Assembly: GCA_964016885.1 (NCBI GenBank)
Contig: OZ024754.1
Span: 35,650,001 to 35,714,000 of the forward strand
Reading direction: 5' to 3'
DNA from: Eledone cirrhosa
Lineage: Eukaryota
Length of the DNA: 64,000 bases
The number at the start of each line of letters is the position of its first letter. The first letter of the stretch is position 1. This document shows positions 15,485 to 29,059 of the stretch, piece after piece. The position numbers and the translations under genes are program-made. Under the pieces are notes generated by a model, which saw only the letters and a program-made list of their open reading frames with translations, made no database searches and was not told the origin of the DNA.

Positions 15485-17006
15485 CCCTTCAGGCTATAAC
15501 AGAGGAGTTCAAGACCGGCTGCCCATGGGAACTCCTATACGCAGATGATCTAACGCTCATAGCTGAATCAATGACCGAACTAGAGAAGAAATTCCAAACG
15601 TGGAAGCACGGCCTAGAATCAAAAGGCCTTAAAATTAACCTGGCTAAGACTAAAGTTCTAGTTTGTAGGAAAGAAAATAAGGCGGCGGTCCCATCGGGGA
15701 AATGGCCATGCTCAGTGTGTAGGAAAGGCGTAGGTAGAAACTCCATTTTATGTCCCAAATGCAAAGTATGGGTGCATAAAAGATGTAGTGGGATCACAGG
15801 TAAGCTAACTAAGAACATAGATTTTACATGTGGCCGGTGCTCTGGTGCAATAAGTAGCAGCAAGTGCCCACAAAATACTAGCTCCTTCAACTGCGCAGAG
15901 GGTTCTATAGAAATAGTGGACAGCTTCCGTTATCTGGGTGACAAAATCAGCAGTGGGGGAGGGTGCTCTGAAAGTACAGTAGCTAGAGTCAGAACTGGAT
16001 GGAAAAAGTTCAGAGAGCTTATACCACTATTAGCCGCTAGAGGGTTCTCCCTAAAAATGAAAGGCAGGTTATACGATGCCTGCATACGAACAGCAATGCT
16101 GCATGGCAGTGAGACCTGGGCATTGTGTGCAGAGGATATACGCAGACTAGAGAGGAACGAAGCTTGCATGCTCCGCTGGATGTGCAATAGTAATATACGT
16201 GAACGGCAAAGCATAAACGAACTAAGGAAAAAATTAGAAATAAGAGGGATCAGATGTTGTTTACTCGAGAGAAGGCTACGTTGGTACGGTCACGTGATGC
16301 GCATGAAAGACGACAGCTGTATAACAAAGTGCAGGGCAATAAAGATAGACGGTAGCCACGGAGTAGGCAGACCCAGAAAAACATGGGACGAGCTGATAAA
16401 TTCCGACCTCACACGCTTACACCTCTCCAAGACAATGTCACTGGACCGAGACCTTTGGCGGTACTCAGTAATAGAGAAGACCCGCCTTACCTAAATACAA
16501 AGTAAAAACCTACTACAGTCAGTAGGCACCTCTATCAAAACACACCCCCGTCCCACCACCTCCACCCCACCCACACCGCCCCTTTCAATGTAAAGTTATG
16601 TTGGTCCCACAACATCCAGGCCGAAACAAATGAGATCGTGTAGGTGTCACGACAAAAAACACACCGTCCACGCTGTAAATGTGGCCGTGTAGGCAACACG
16701 GTAAAAACCTCCCAGCCCCACACTGTAAATGTGGTTGGTGTTAGGAAGGGCATCCAGCTGTAGAAAACCCGCCAGACAGTCCACGCTGTAATGTGGCCGT
16801 GTAGGCAACACGGTAAAAACCTCCCAGCCCCACACTGTAAATGTGGTTGGTGTTAGGAAGGGCATCCAACTGTAGAAAACCCGCCAGACAGTCCTATGCG
16901 AGCAAGACAACCACTCTTGCCTCAAGTGGGAAAACCCCCGTCCAAACCCATGCAAGCGTGGAACACGGACGCTAAACCTGATGATGATGATGATGATGAT
17001 GATGAT
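15483..17006 (+). mobile_element. 5'-truncated RTE/RTE-X-type LINE: RT C-terminus with a PHD-like finger, 3' UTR and (GAT)n tail
   Basis: The frame is open to 16494: LLYADDL, GLKINLAKTK, CSVC..CPKCKVWVHKRC..CGRC, FRYLGD, MLHGSETW, RRLRWYGHVMR, GRPRKTW. The 3' UTR has a 113-bp tandem duplication (16666/16779) and a (GAT)n tail at about 16980-17006. Confidence 0.92.
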
Positions 17007-17117
17007 ATATACCTATTATATATATAAATATTTGTATATATGTATGTATATACTTGTTTTATATATCAAACGTCATTGAACTGTATTGTTTACTTTGGCG
17101 TTTCAGTTTACTTTGTA

Positions 17118-17686
17118 TACATACAAACATATATATATATACTTTCAAACATACATACAAACATACATACATACATACACACATACATACATACAAACAT
17201 ACATACAAACATACATACATACATCCTTACGTACATACAAACATATATATATATACTTACAAACATACATACATACATACATACATACAAACATACATAC
17301 ATACAAACATACATACATACATACATCCTTACGTACATACAAACATACATACATACATACAAACATATATATATACTTACAAACATACATACATACAAAC
17401 ATACATACATACATACATATATACATACATACATACAAACATACATATATACATACATCCTTACGTACATACAAACATACATACATACAAACATATATAT
17501 ATACTTACAAACATACATACATACAAACATACATACAAACAAACATACATACATACATACATCCTTACGTACATACAAACATATATACAAACATACATAC
17601 ATATATACAAACATACATACATACATACGTACATACATATATACAACCATACATACATATATACAACCATACATACATATATACAA

Positions 17687-17719
<33 letters not shown>

Positions 17720-17792
17720 CAAACATACATACATACATACATACATACATACATACATACATACATACATACATACAAAAATACATACATAC
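17118..17792. repeat. (TACA)n-derived compound satellite
   Basis: ACAT/ACAA repeats with interspersed CATCCTTACGTA. Confidence 0.9.
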
Positions 17793-18403
17793 ATGGTGGC
17801 TGCCAACTCGTTTTCGAGTACGGCCACTACTTTATATCCATGTAGGAGAACCCCTACCGATGCGCTGAACGAGTGTGACTTTTTAGTCCAGCCAGCGTAT
17901 TGAAAACTCTAGTACAAACACTACACTTGTGACAATTATTGACACATAGTGCTGGGCCCATGGTACCATGTGACGACAAGTGCAGAGAGATCTCCAGATA
18001 TAAAGCAATGCCTGTGCCGTGAAGCTTTTATAGTGAGCAAAGGCACTGCACAAAGCCAGTCCCACTCTCTTAACCAAGATGATATTTACCAAAAAGAAGA
18101 ACAAGTCAACATCATTGGATACCATCAGGGTTGCAGGTATTATATCAGAGTTTTCCTTCTTCTAGAATTCTGCCTTGACAAAGGCTAAGGGGTCATCTCT
18201 CCCGGTGATTTTGGATGGCCATTGACTCTTAAGAGCTCCTTTGCCCTTTGACAGGTTTTGTTTTTAGTCCTGCAGGATGTCCAAAGTCACCCTCCTCACC
18301 AAGAAACCTTGGTGGGGTTGCCAGTTTAGTCGGCCAACGACCCGACCATGAGACAGGTTGTACTGGGATACATGTTACCAGTAGCACCAACTGGTGACCT
18401 GAC
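17793..18403 (-). mobile_element. Unclassified interspersed repeat of about 600 bp (copy at 46160-46751, diverged partial at 41065-41252)
   Basis: Reverse complement of 46160-46751, both copies bounded by microsatellites. Confidence 0.8.
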
Positions 18404-18577
18404 ACATACATACATACATCCTTACGTACATACAAACATACATACAAACATACATACATATATACAAACATACATACATACATATATACAAACATACATA
18501 CACACATACATACATACATACATACATACATACATACATACATACATACATACATACATACATACATACATACACAC

Positions 18578-18625
18578 ATATCTGATGAGCTTGTAAGTAC
18601 ACAGGAGAAACTCTAGAGTTACAAG
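18578..18625 (+). ncRNA. Hammerhead-like motif
   Basis: CTGATGA g cttgt-aagtac-acagg a GAAA ctctagag TT, with a palindromic stem III. The 5' side of stem I is replaced by microsatellite. Confidence 0.55.
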
Positions 18626-19239
18626 AATCGAGCTTGGCTTTAATATATTTGTGGTTGTATGTATAATGAATTGCTTAGATGTAACTAAGTGATTGAGATA
18701 CAGATATTATTGTAGGTGAATTTTTTTTCTCTCTCTCTCGTCTGCGACTTCACAGAACTTATGTTTACCGAATTCGCAGACCAGACCCCTTCTTCCTCCC
18801 ATTAGTCCTGTGCGAAATTCCTTCCTTGCTCACATTTCAACCAGGTTTGATGGTCTTTATTCTCTCGTTCACGATTCCACCGAATTTATATTCATAGAAA
18901 TCTGGGACTTGTTTCTTCTTCATCACTTTCTGTTGCTTAAACCATTTTGTTTGTTTACCCTAGCGTCCCCCTTATTTACGTGTCCCAACGACTTTTTTTT
19001 ACCAACCTGAGGTATATGGCCTTTAATGCGACGAAATGCCTACGACGGTTGGAAGGCCACTGATGAGGACAAACTTTTTCATATGTAGCCCATTTGCAGC
19101 GCCGCAACTCCATTATTATCATATATATATATATCTTTATTTTTAATTTCATTTGCACCGTTTCCTCTCACCCCCTTTTCGCTATATGTCTCTCTACCAC
19201 TCCCCTACACACCCTTTGAACTCTCTTCCCCCACACTTT

Positions 19240-19275
19240 TCACCTGAAGAAGGGCTTATACCCGAAACGTCGTTC
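19240..19275 (+). ncRNA. Minimal hammerhead-like motif
   Basis: cac CTGAAGA a ggg-cttata-ccc GAAA cg TC gt. Confidence 0.6.
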
Positions 19276-19362
19276 CCCACCACGACCCCACTCTCAAGAG
19301 CGTGAAATTAATAAACCTTTGTTCGTACTGCCTCTCTGTTTTGTTCCTGTTCAATTTTTCAC

Positions 19363-19397
<35 letters not shown>

Positions 19398-19554
19398 AAG
19401 AATATGTGTAGATGTATATAGATATGTGTGTGTGTGTAGGTGTATGTAAGCGATTCGGTGTACGCTGCTACATATACGTGAAAACGAGTCGGCTGATATA
19501 TCGACCCACTACAACATTATCTACTGCTGCTGCTGCTACTGCTGCCGCTGCTAC

Positions 19555-19586
<32 letters not shown>

Positions 19587-19699
19587 GTGATGCTGTTTTA
19601 CTACATCACAGATCAAGGCTCAATATTACATCACTACAGCACTTATACATAGCATACACTACAAAATTAGAATTAAACAACGTTTGTCAACTCCTGTAT

Positions 19700-19835
19700 A
19701 CATATGCAAGGATCAGCTGGAAACTTCACAGGCTGACCAAGATACTCTCATGGAATGACCAAATGATGCTTATTTTTCAACATAATTCCTGGAAAGAAAC
19801 AATGTAGTTATTAATATGAAGAACTGAAATTAATA
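19700..19835 (+). mobile_element. Mariner-like terminal fragment (diverged copy of 32185-32313)
   Basis: Shared GCTGACCAAGATACTCTCATGGAAT..TTTTTCAACATA..GGAAAGAAACAAT. Confidence 0.55.
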
Positions 19836-21344
19836 AGCTCAAATGCTGGGACCATCATCTGTGTTATCTTAAGCTCAAATGCTGGGACCATCATCTGTGT
19901 GGCGCTGTGTTAGCTTAAGCTCAAATGCTGGGACCGTCATTGTGCCAAATATTTCAGCCTTTACTTCTCAGCGTGTGTAATTGTGTGTATGTGTGTGTGT
20001 GTGTGTATGTTCCCGTGCCTGTGCTGCTTGTGTGCCTTTCTTCATATCCAATCTTTTCAATTATTCTTCGTTTTGGCAATATATTTAAGTGTTTTCCCCA
20101 GCTCAAGTGCTGAGACCGTCATATGTGTGGTGGCAGTGTTAGCTTAAACTCAAATGTTGAGACCGTCATATGTGTGGTGGCAGTGTTAGCTTAAGCTCAA
20201 ATGTTGAGACCTTCATCTGTGTGGTGGCTGTGTTAGCTTAAGCTCAAATGCTTGGACCGTTATCTGTGTGGCGCTGTGTTAGTTTAAGCTCAAATGCTAG
20301 GACCGACATCTGTGTGGTGGTTGTGTTAGCTTAAGCTCAAATGCTGGGACCGTCATCTGTGTGGCGCTGTGTTAGCTTAAGCTCAAATGCTGGGACCGTC
20401 ATCTGTGTGGCGCTGTGTTAGTTTAAGCTCAAATGCTGGGACCGTCATCTGTGTGGCGCTGTGTTAGCTTAAGCTCAAATGCTGGGACCGTCATCTGTGT
20501 GGCGCTGTGTTAGTTTAAGCTCAAATGCTGGGACCGTCATCTGTGTGGCGCTGTGTTAGTTTAAGCTCAAATGCTGGGACCGTCATCTGTGTGGCGCTGT
20601 GTTAGTTTAAGCTCAAATGCTTGGACCGTCATCTGTGTGGCGCTGTGTTAGTTTAAGCTCAAATGCTGGGACCGTCATCTGTGTGGCGCTGTGTTAGCTT
20701 AAGCTCAAATGCTGGGACCGTCATCTGTGTGGCGCTGTGTTAGTTTAAGCTCAAATGCTGGGACCGTCATCTGTGTGGCGCTGTGTTAGTTTAAGCTCAA
20801 ATGCTGGGACCGTCATCTGTGTGGCGCTGTGTTAGTTTAAGCTCAAATGCTGGGACCGTCATCTGTGTGGCGCTGTGTTAGTTTAAGCTCAAATGCTGGG
20901 ACCGTCATCTGTGTGGCGCTGTGTTAGTTTAAGCTCAAATGCTGGGACCGTCATCTGTGTGGCGCTGTGTTAGTTTAAGCTCAAATGCTGGGACCGTCAT
21001 CTGTGTGGCGCTGTGTTAGTTTAAGCTCAAATGCTTGGACCGTCTTCTGTGTGGCGCTGTGTTAGTTTAAGCTCAAATGCTGGGACCGTCATCTGTGTGG
21101 CGCTGTGTTAGTTTAAGCTCAAATGCTTGGACCGTCATCTGTGTGGCGCTGTGTTAGTTTAAGCTCAAATGCTGGGACCGTCATCTGTGTGGCGCTGTGT
21201 TAGTTTAAGCTCAAATGCTTGGACCGTCATCTGTGTGGCGCTGTGTTAGCTTAAGCTCAAATGCTGGGACCGTCATCTGTGTGGCGCTGTGTTAGCTTAA
21301 GCTCAAATGCTGGGACCACCGCTTGTGTGTGGCGCTGTGTTAGC
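19836..21344. repeat. 46-bp minisatellite (GCTCAAATGCTGGGACCGTCATCTGTGTGGCGCTGTGTTAGTTTAA), about 28 units
   Basis: Period 46 (e.g. 20381 and 20427), interrupted at about 19945-20100. Confidence 0.95.
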
Positions 21345-21832
21345 AAATCTATCAATCTGTCTGTACCCCCCCCCCTCTCTCTCTCACTCTCTGGCTGGCT
21401 GTCAATCGATAGCTATCTATTAATGTATTTATGTTTGAACGAGAACAATAACAACAAACCACAAATCTTTTCTGATACTAGATATGCAAGTAGAAAAAAA
21501 GTTATCGTAATTTAGTTCATATACATTTGATAATGATGGAAGAAAATATGGAAGACAATGATTATAAAGGATTTAAAAGCATGTAAAATGAAATATAGCG
21601 ATAGCCAGGGTGACAAGAAGCAAAAGGTAACAGAAAATCGGGTATTTATGTATTAAACTAAATGTTTTTTTACTATAAACACCGTCGTTTTTGACAGGCA
21701 CTATGGAAAAGGTCAATACGCATCCTTTTCCATTTTTGAGGGTTTTAAACTCCACTATCAGGCTAATTTCTTTAGTTAAAATACGGCAAAATCTTCTATT
21801 TCTACTACCTTAGAATGCTTCTAGTTTTACAG

Positions 21833-22003
21833 TTTAGAAAAGGAGCGAAGGATAACATCCATGACTGTTACCTTTCCTCAGATTGGTGCAAGGGAGAAAA
21901 GTATCCGCAGACTAGTCCCCTGGCCCGAATGTTTACATCAGAAGGGATGTTTGCATCTGCTAAAGGCGCCCAGCAACTCAGTGATTATGTTACACCGGAC
22001 GAG
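21833..22003 (+). CDS. Candidate internal coding exon (171 nt, phase 0-0) of an unidentified host gene
   Basis: Acceptor TTCTAGTTTTACAG, open frame FRKGAKDNIHDCYLSSDWCKGEKYPQTSPLARMFTSEGMFASAKGAQQLSDYVTPDE, donor GAG|GTATTA. The sequence is unique and richer in GC than its flanks. Confidence 0.5.
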
Positions 22004-22249
22004 GTATTATGTCTAACATTTACTGTAAACACGGTCACTACAGAAAAGTACTATTTTCCAAGTCCTAAACAGATGTCAATGTATCTATAGCAACAAAAAA
22101 TATATAAAGAAATAATTTGATATAATTTCATTAGAATTTACACAGTATAAGGGGAAATAATGTAAACACTCCCCCCCCCCCCTCCTATCAAGAAACATTT
22201 TAATAAATCAGTTGTAAACGAGGAATTTAATGAAGAATCTCTAATAATA

Positions 22250-22990
22250 TATCATTCCCGGTTGCAAATGTCGGCCATTGATTGTTCTATAGAGGTTATG
22301 ACTAACTCGAACATATGCAACTACATTGCAAAAGTCAGCTAAAGGCAGTATGGGAAGCCTCCATTATTACTGCACAGGATCAATGGTTGGCTGCTAAATA
22401 TGATCAAAGCTCAATAACAAGAGACTAATGTTAATTGCATATTGAGCATCGAACATCAAGGAACAATGGAACATATAATTTTTGGCTGGCCAGACCAAGA
22501 AGAGGAGAAAAAAAAGAAGCAGATTATGTTGATAGGCATGACCGAGTTGTTAGAACTATCCAGTAGGAAACATGCCAAGATACCCAACTCATAACATGAA
22601 ATATGTGTTATAATCAGAGACTAAATATAAAAAAGAAGAAAAAACAAATCTATCTGGTAATATTAGAGCTAGAATACTCTTCGATATGTTTGTAGAAATA
22701 ATAGATAATGAAATGAAGACAAAGTTTTCCTTGACATCATTATCAAGGACAAACAAAGGAACCTTTGCATTTTCATTCATATCCTGGTCCCATCCGCCAA
22801 AATATTGATCGTACAAAGAGAGTAAAATGATATAAGATCAAAGAAGAAGTCAATAAGTTGTGGATAATGAAACAAAATAAAAGACACAGCTCACAATACC
22901 AAATCTATAAACTTGATACTCTGGTGTTAATCAGTAATCATATATTATAGCCTACATATACTGGGAGCTTTAATATAATATGGTTATTGT
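22250..22990 (+). mobile_element. Decayed R4/Dong-like (RLE-type) non-LTR retrotransposon 3' fragment
   Basis: Frameshifted remnants ASIITAQDQWL, GTMEHIIFG, YVDRHDRVVRTI, DIIIKDKQRNLCIFIHILVP and KEEVNKLW resemble the CCHC knuckle, RHD motif and PD-(D/E)xK endonuclease. Confidence 0.6.
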
Positions 22991-23359
22991 ATCTTGGCTA
23001 AAAGACTATCTATGTCGTTACGACATTCGCTTGTCAGTCAGGTAGTTCTGTAGTTCTGTAGTTCTGTAGTTCTGTAGTTCTACCCCCACTTACCTACATA
23101 CACACACTGTGTGACACCTCCGGCAAATGTCTTTTACTGTAGCATTAGATCAAGTGAAGTTCTGTAGACACTGATTTCATTGAGGTACATCAATCGGATA
23201 AACTGTACAAGTTTTTCAGTGGCAGGCTTAATCAGTAGTCTAGTTTAATCTATTATTTAGTTTAACAGCAACACCTAAACCCATCCAAACTCAACATCCA
23301 AACCAATCATCTTGTTTTTCTCCTATTTCAACATTTCATGACAACAATACAAACTATAT

Positions 23360-24352
23360 GAAATAAGTTTGTCCCGGAGAAAAAGGCCAACGAACACAAA
23401 AATTTAATTCCCAAAGACAGGAAAATCTTTAAGAGGCGAATAACTAAACTCCCAAACCAGTTAAATGCACAAGAAAAAGAGAAGGAACCCTATCTGAAAC
23501 AGGCACTACTTGAAATTGAAGCTGCACTCAAACTTTCCCATGACAGTACAACACAGCTACACCTGACCAGAAGGGATCGAAATCCCCGTGTCGAAATCGA
23601 TACGAGATCTGGGGATAGACATAAGAGAAGATGCATCTTTTTCTTCACACATCATGAGGGTGGCGTCAATGTGCAGACGACATGCTGGCTGGATCTTGAG
23701 GACTTTCTGGACAAGAGACCGAGAGACCATGTTGATACTATGGAGGACATTTGTCTTAAGCCGCCTGGACTACTGCTCTCAACTGTGGTCACCCCATAGT
23801 ATCAAACTGACCACGAAGCTTGAGGCAATCCAACGAAGCTACACCAAGAGGATTGCCACAATGAAGGAGATGCGCTACTGGGAGAGGCTAAAAGAACTGA
23901 AATTCTACTTCTTGGAACGAAGACCGGAGAGATACTCAGTGATATACATATGGAAAATCCTGGAGGGACTAGCACCAAACTATGGCATTGAGAGCTGAAC
24001 CAACGCGCGAACAGGAAGTCATTGCGTGGTGCAAAAGGTCTCGTCTTTCATATTTAGAATAAGAAGCAGATATTGCAATAGCCTGGAGTTCAAAGGCCCC
24101 CAACTCTTCAACAAGCTGCCAAGAAACTTGAGAAATCTGCTTGATGTGGACGTGGATGTTTTCAAGAAACATCTCGACACCCTGCTATCCAGCATCCCGG
24201 ATGAACCCACAGCACGGTACGAAGGTAACTTAAGGGCAGCAGCAACGAACTCCCTCTTACACCAATGGCCAGCCAACACAGGCTGGAGATAGAATATAAC
24301 AACAAGGGCGGTGCCCTATCATGGTCTCAGCAGGTAAAAGAGTATAAAAAAA
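23360..24352 (+). mobile_element. CR1-group LINE ORF2 3' fragment, frameshifted and internally deleted
   Basis: IRDLGIDI..FSSHI..GWILRTF..SRLDYCSQLWSP..LEAIQRSYTKRI..YWERLKEL..LERR; second frame GPQLFNKLP..FKKHLD..IPDEP; A-rich 3' end. Confidence 0.85.
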
Positions 24353-24360
24353 ATATATAT

Positions 24361-24567
24361 ATAGGAAAAAGTATGACCCCGACGGCAGAGTTCAAGCCGT
24401 TTCGACGGCTATTTCTGGACTTGTTTTAGTCCAGAAATAGCCGTCGAAACGGCTTGAACTCTGTCGTCGGGGTCATACTTTTTCCTATTTCCCACTCTAC
24501 TACCCTAAGTATTGAGTACTCTGGTGCGTTTTGGTCCATCTGGTTCCTTACCACAATTCCTTAGTTA
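24361..24567 (+). mobile_element. Family H copy
   Basis: Palindrome ATAGGAAAAAGTATGACCCC..GGGGTCATACTTTTTCCTAT plus tail and (TA)n. Confidence 0.9.
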
Positions 24568-24577
24568 TATATATATA

Positions 24578-24614
<37 letters not shown>

Positions 24615-24619
<5 letters not shown>

Positions 24620-24758
24620 AGAAGAGTCAGAGCCCCGAAACGGCCGGAGCTCTGCCGTCGGGGTCCTCACTCTTTTCCTATTACCCACTCTACTACCCAA
24701 ATTATCGAGTACTCTGGTGCGTTATGGTCCACCTGGTTTCTTACCACACTTTCTTTGT

Positions 24759-24760
<2 letters not shown>
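24615..24760 (+). mobile_element. Family H copy with a short imperfect arm
   Basis: TAGGAGAAGAGT..CCCCGA / TCGGGG..ACTCTTTTCCTA plus tail. Confidence 0.85.
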
Positions 24761-24836
<76 letters not shown>

Positions 24837-27267
24837 CGTGGTTCAAATGATGATGACGTCAATGATGTCAATATAGAGAGTTAATGATGACGTAGTAGTA
24901 GCTGTTACAGTTGTTGTTGTTAATGTTGTTGTTTTTGTTAATTGATGTCATTTGTTTACTTCCAGACATGTTTTTATTTATTCTATTTATTTTATTTGAT
25001 TCTATTTGAAGTTCTGCAAATAATCAATTAATTGACAGAGATAGAAAGTGGCTGTGGGGTGGGGGTTGTCGTGCGGGGTGTCGGTATGGGGAGAGGGTGG
25101 GGGGTTGTACTGGTGGCTGTGGTGGGGCGCGGGGGGGGGTAAGTATGTAGGGGTGTGCGTGTAAGAGATGGTGATATAAATAGACAGACCGACAGACAGA
25201 CCGACATACAGACAGACATACAGACAGATAGAAAGGTAGTAAGGCATACATACAAAACAGACAGACCTGTAGGAAGGTAAACAGATAGACAGACAGTTAC
25301 TCTCTTGTCCAAAACAATATGGGGGGGGGGATAGAATAAGTGGAGGTTAGGTTGGAATAATCGGGGGGGGGGGATAGCTAATTTTTCTAGGTTGTCTCCA
25401 TTGATTCTTTTAAAAAACCAGAATTAGTTGTTTAGTTTACCTATTGAGACACCAACCCATTCTATTTATTTTTAACGTACGGGATTTCTAATAATCATCT
25501 TTTTTGGTCTCGTGTATTGTTTTTTAATGTATAAAGAATTTCGCCGAAGATAAATTACTAAAATTTAATAAGTTGAGGGTGGGGTGGAATAAGAGCAGGG
25601 GGTGTGTGAACAAATTTGAAAAATTAATAAGTGGGGTGGCGTTACGATTAGTTGAGACCCGAGAGTTGTTAGATAGATAGAGGGATAACCAGTTATACGT
25701 CTATCTTCTGTAGTTTCCGTCGAACAAATTCCACTTCCAAGACATTGATCACCTGGAAGATATATAGAAGACTAAAATGGGTGTTGGTGTGCACTCGAAA
25801 CAATACGAGTCGATAAATCTAGAATGGTCCTATTAATACTCCACTGAATCCAGTGGAGTATTAATACTCTCGCAACTGGCTTCAGAGACTGCTTAAATAC
25901 CCGCCTTGACTGCTTTTGTCGGTATCCACACAAGGCGAAATTCATTCTGAGAAAATGGTATAGACCAAACTAACTGGTTTGAATTTCAAGGAATTTAATT
26001 TCTTTCAATTACTAACTTTGAAACGGTGTGCTCGTATGTAATATTTACAAGGTAACAATTAATTCATATTTTCATAATTTTACTAATTCTGAATATTTCA
26101 AAGTTCTCTCTTATTTAATTAATTAATTAGAAATTAATTATTAATCAACTTAAAATATGGAAGAAACGATCGTAAATTAATTAAAATGATATATAATTAA
26201 CTGTTTTGGGCCTTTATATTATTATAATATTTTTGCTCTATGAATTTCATACAACTCGAACCTAAGTTGTATAGCCTGTGTGGATGGTTTATAGTGACAA
26301 ATCTCTTATTCGAGCTGAAATCTTATCTTCGCCTATTTTTATATGTTTTCTTGTAGGAAAACGAATTTTTATGAACTTAGGTAAATATAAATATAGAAAT
26401 ATCTTAAATAAGGCGTATATATTAGCAATTTGATAAATTACAAAAATCAATAAATGTAATAGACCAAATAATAACAACTAAAATACAACTGAACACAAGA
26501 CTGAAACTGTACCTTTCTCACCTCTCACCTCTTCCATTCCACCACCTTCTCTTCCTCCTCTCCTCTTCTTCCACCTCTGTCTCACCCACTTCTCCACCCC
26601 CTCCTCCTGCTCCTCCTCCTCCTCTATAACGGTCAGCTGCTTCCCTTCTCCCCGGAGAAAAATTCATTTAGTTGTTCACGTGATCAATTCGCAAAAGATA
26701 ACTTAACATTTTACTTTGTGATATGCTGACATTTTCAACATATGGAGAAGCCATATTGACTTTTCAGTGTTTATATTTCAGCCACCATTTTGGACACGTT
26801 TCAATCAACAGTCATATTACTCTCCAATCTGGGAAAGAAGAAAAGAAACGAAGAGATGGGAAGGGCGGAAGGACGAAAATAGTTTCATCAGCTTGCTTTT
26901 TTGTTGTTATTGTATCTGTTGATGTTGTTTCTACTTCTGTTAGGAATAATGATGATGATTCATAGGCCAGATGCCAAATTAGGCCGTAATGGAAATAAAA
27001 ACTGAAGTTGTATAAGTTGTTGAGCTGTGAAAAGAAGTAGAGGCTGGATGAATCGGATTGAACTCACCAGGAAAGAGAAAAATAGCATCTTATTTTTCCT
27101 ACCGATTGATGTGACTGCAAACAATCACCGACCTATCAGGTTTGGTAGCTACCGAGCCAATGCCTGCCGAGCGTGGTCTGCTAGAAACTGTACCCAAATT
27201 ACTTCACATCCCGCCTTCATCTTCTTGAAAATGAAGTCTATATGTTGTTCTACAACTATTTGAATTA

Positions 27268-27492
27268 ATGAATGATTTCTAGTATAGGCACAAGGCCAGC
27301 AATTGGGGGAGGGGAGGGGGGGGGTAAAGTTGATTGAATCGATCCCAGTGCGTGACTGGTACTTTATTTTATCGATCCCCGTAAGGATGAAAGGCAAAGT
27401 TAACCTCGGCGGGATTTGAACTCAGACCGTAAAGGACAGTAACTCTTTGCCGCAAAGCATGGCGTCCGACCCTCTACCGATTCTGCCAATCC
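27268..27492 (-). mobile_element. SINE A, full-length
   Basis: Reverse complement of the family A consensus. Confidence 0.85.
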
Positions 27493-27580
27493 AGTACCCT
27501 CTCTACCGTATTAATTAATGAAAAGAAACAATGTAATGTTTTGCTTCATATTGTGTTTATCATTTTGTTCTTTGACAAAA

Positions 27581-28597
27581 GCCCCACATGAAGCAATAGC
27601 CCCACATGAAGCAATAGCCCCACATGAAGCAATAGCCCCACATGAAGCAATAGCCCCACATGAAGCAATAACCCCACATGAAGCAATAGCCCCACATGAA
27701 GCAATAGCCCCACATGAAGCAATAGCCCCACATGAAGCAATAACCCCACATGAAGCAATAGCCCCACATGAAGCAATAACCCCACATGAAGCAATAGCCC
27801 CACATGAAGCAATAGCCCCACATGAAGCAATAGCCCCACATGAAGCAATAGCTCCACATGAAGCAATAACCCCACATGAAGCAATAGCCCCACATGAAGC
27901 AATAGCCCCACATGAAGCAATAACCCCACATGAAGCAATAGCCCCACATGAAGCAATAGCCCCACATGAAGCAATAGCCCCACATGAAGCAATAACCCCA
28001 CATGAAGCAATAGCCCCACATGAAGCAATAGCCCCACATGAAGCAATAACCCCACATGAAGCAATAGCCCCACATGAAGCAATAGCCCCACATGAAGCAA
28101 TAGCCCCACATGAAGCAATAGCCCCACATGAAGCAATAGCCCCACATGAAGCAATAGCCCCACATGAAGCAATAACCCCACATGAAGCAATAGCCCCACA
28201 TGAAGCAATAGCCCCACATGAAGCAATAGCCCCACATGAAGCAATAGCCCCACATGAAGCAATAACCCCACATGAAGCAATAGCCCCACATGAAGCAATA
28301 GCCCCACATGAAGCAATAGCCCCACATGAAGCAATAGCCCCACATGAAGCAATAGCCCCACATGAAGCAATAGCCCCACATGAAGCAATAACCCCACATG
28401 AAGCAATAGCCCCACATGAAGCAATAACCCCACATGAAGCAATAACCCCACATGAAGCAATAGCCCCACATGAAGCAATAGTCCCACATGAAGCAATAGC
28501 CCCACATGAAGCAATAACCCCACATGAAGCAATAGCCCCACATGAAGCAATAGCCCCACATGAAGCAATAACCCCACACTAAGCAATAGCCCCACAT
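27581..28597. repeat. 18-bp minisatellite (GCCCCACATGAAGCAATA), about 56 units
   Basis: Exact 18-nt period; source of the PHEAIA and MWGYCF ORFs. Confidence 0.97.
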
Positions 28598-29059
28598 GTT
28601 CTACGACACATCTTACGACATACCAATATAACTCTTATTAAGGATATTCCTTTATGAATATATTACAGATCGCCATGACTATGGTTTGAACTATAAGCAA
28701 TAATTGTTTCATGACTATGGTTTGAACTATAAGCAATAATTGTTTCTATTTTTGGTACAAGGCCAGCAATTATCCCAGTGTATTACTGGTACTTTATTTT
28801 ATCGACGCCGTAAGGATGAAAGGCAAATAATACCAACAACAGCAAAACAAAAAGTACAGCTTTATCTTTCTTCATTCTTTCACCCCCCCCCCCTCTCCAC
28901 CTGTAACGGAGGCCCTAAAAAGGCTCATGGGCCTTGCCCTTCCCTGCCTGAAAAGATTATCTTTTGGCTGGTCTTGTCTCACTCCCACTCTCAATCTTTC
29001 TTCTCCTCCTCCTCTCTCTCTCTTTCTCCTCTTCCATCTCTCTCTTCCTTTCTTCCTGT

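Noticed and set aside
19836-21344. CRISPR-like appearance of regular repeats (also 61458-62128)
   Set aside because: Contiguous repeats with no unique spacers, no cas genes, and a eukaryotic context
22589-22816. Minus-strand 75-aa ORF as a host exon
   Set aside because: The plus strand is better explained as a decayed RLE endonuclease of the R4/Dong-like fragment
25831-25866. 16-bp-arm palindrome TATTAATACTCCACTG-AATC-CAGTGGAGTATTAATA
   Set aside because: Single short instance without (TA)n flanks or a hammerhead; may belong to the fold-back class but the evidence is insufficient
27518-28597. ORFs of about 350 aa (PHEAIA, HVGLLL, MWGYCF repeats), one with a signal-peptide-like start
   Set aside because: An 18-bp minisatellite open in several frames on both strands, with no synonymous-site variation pattern
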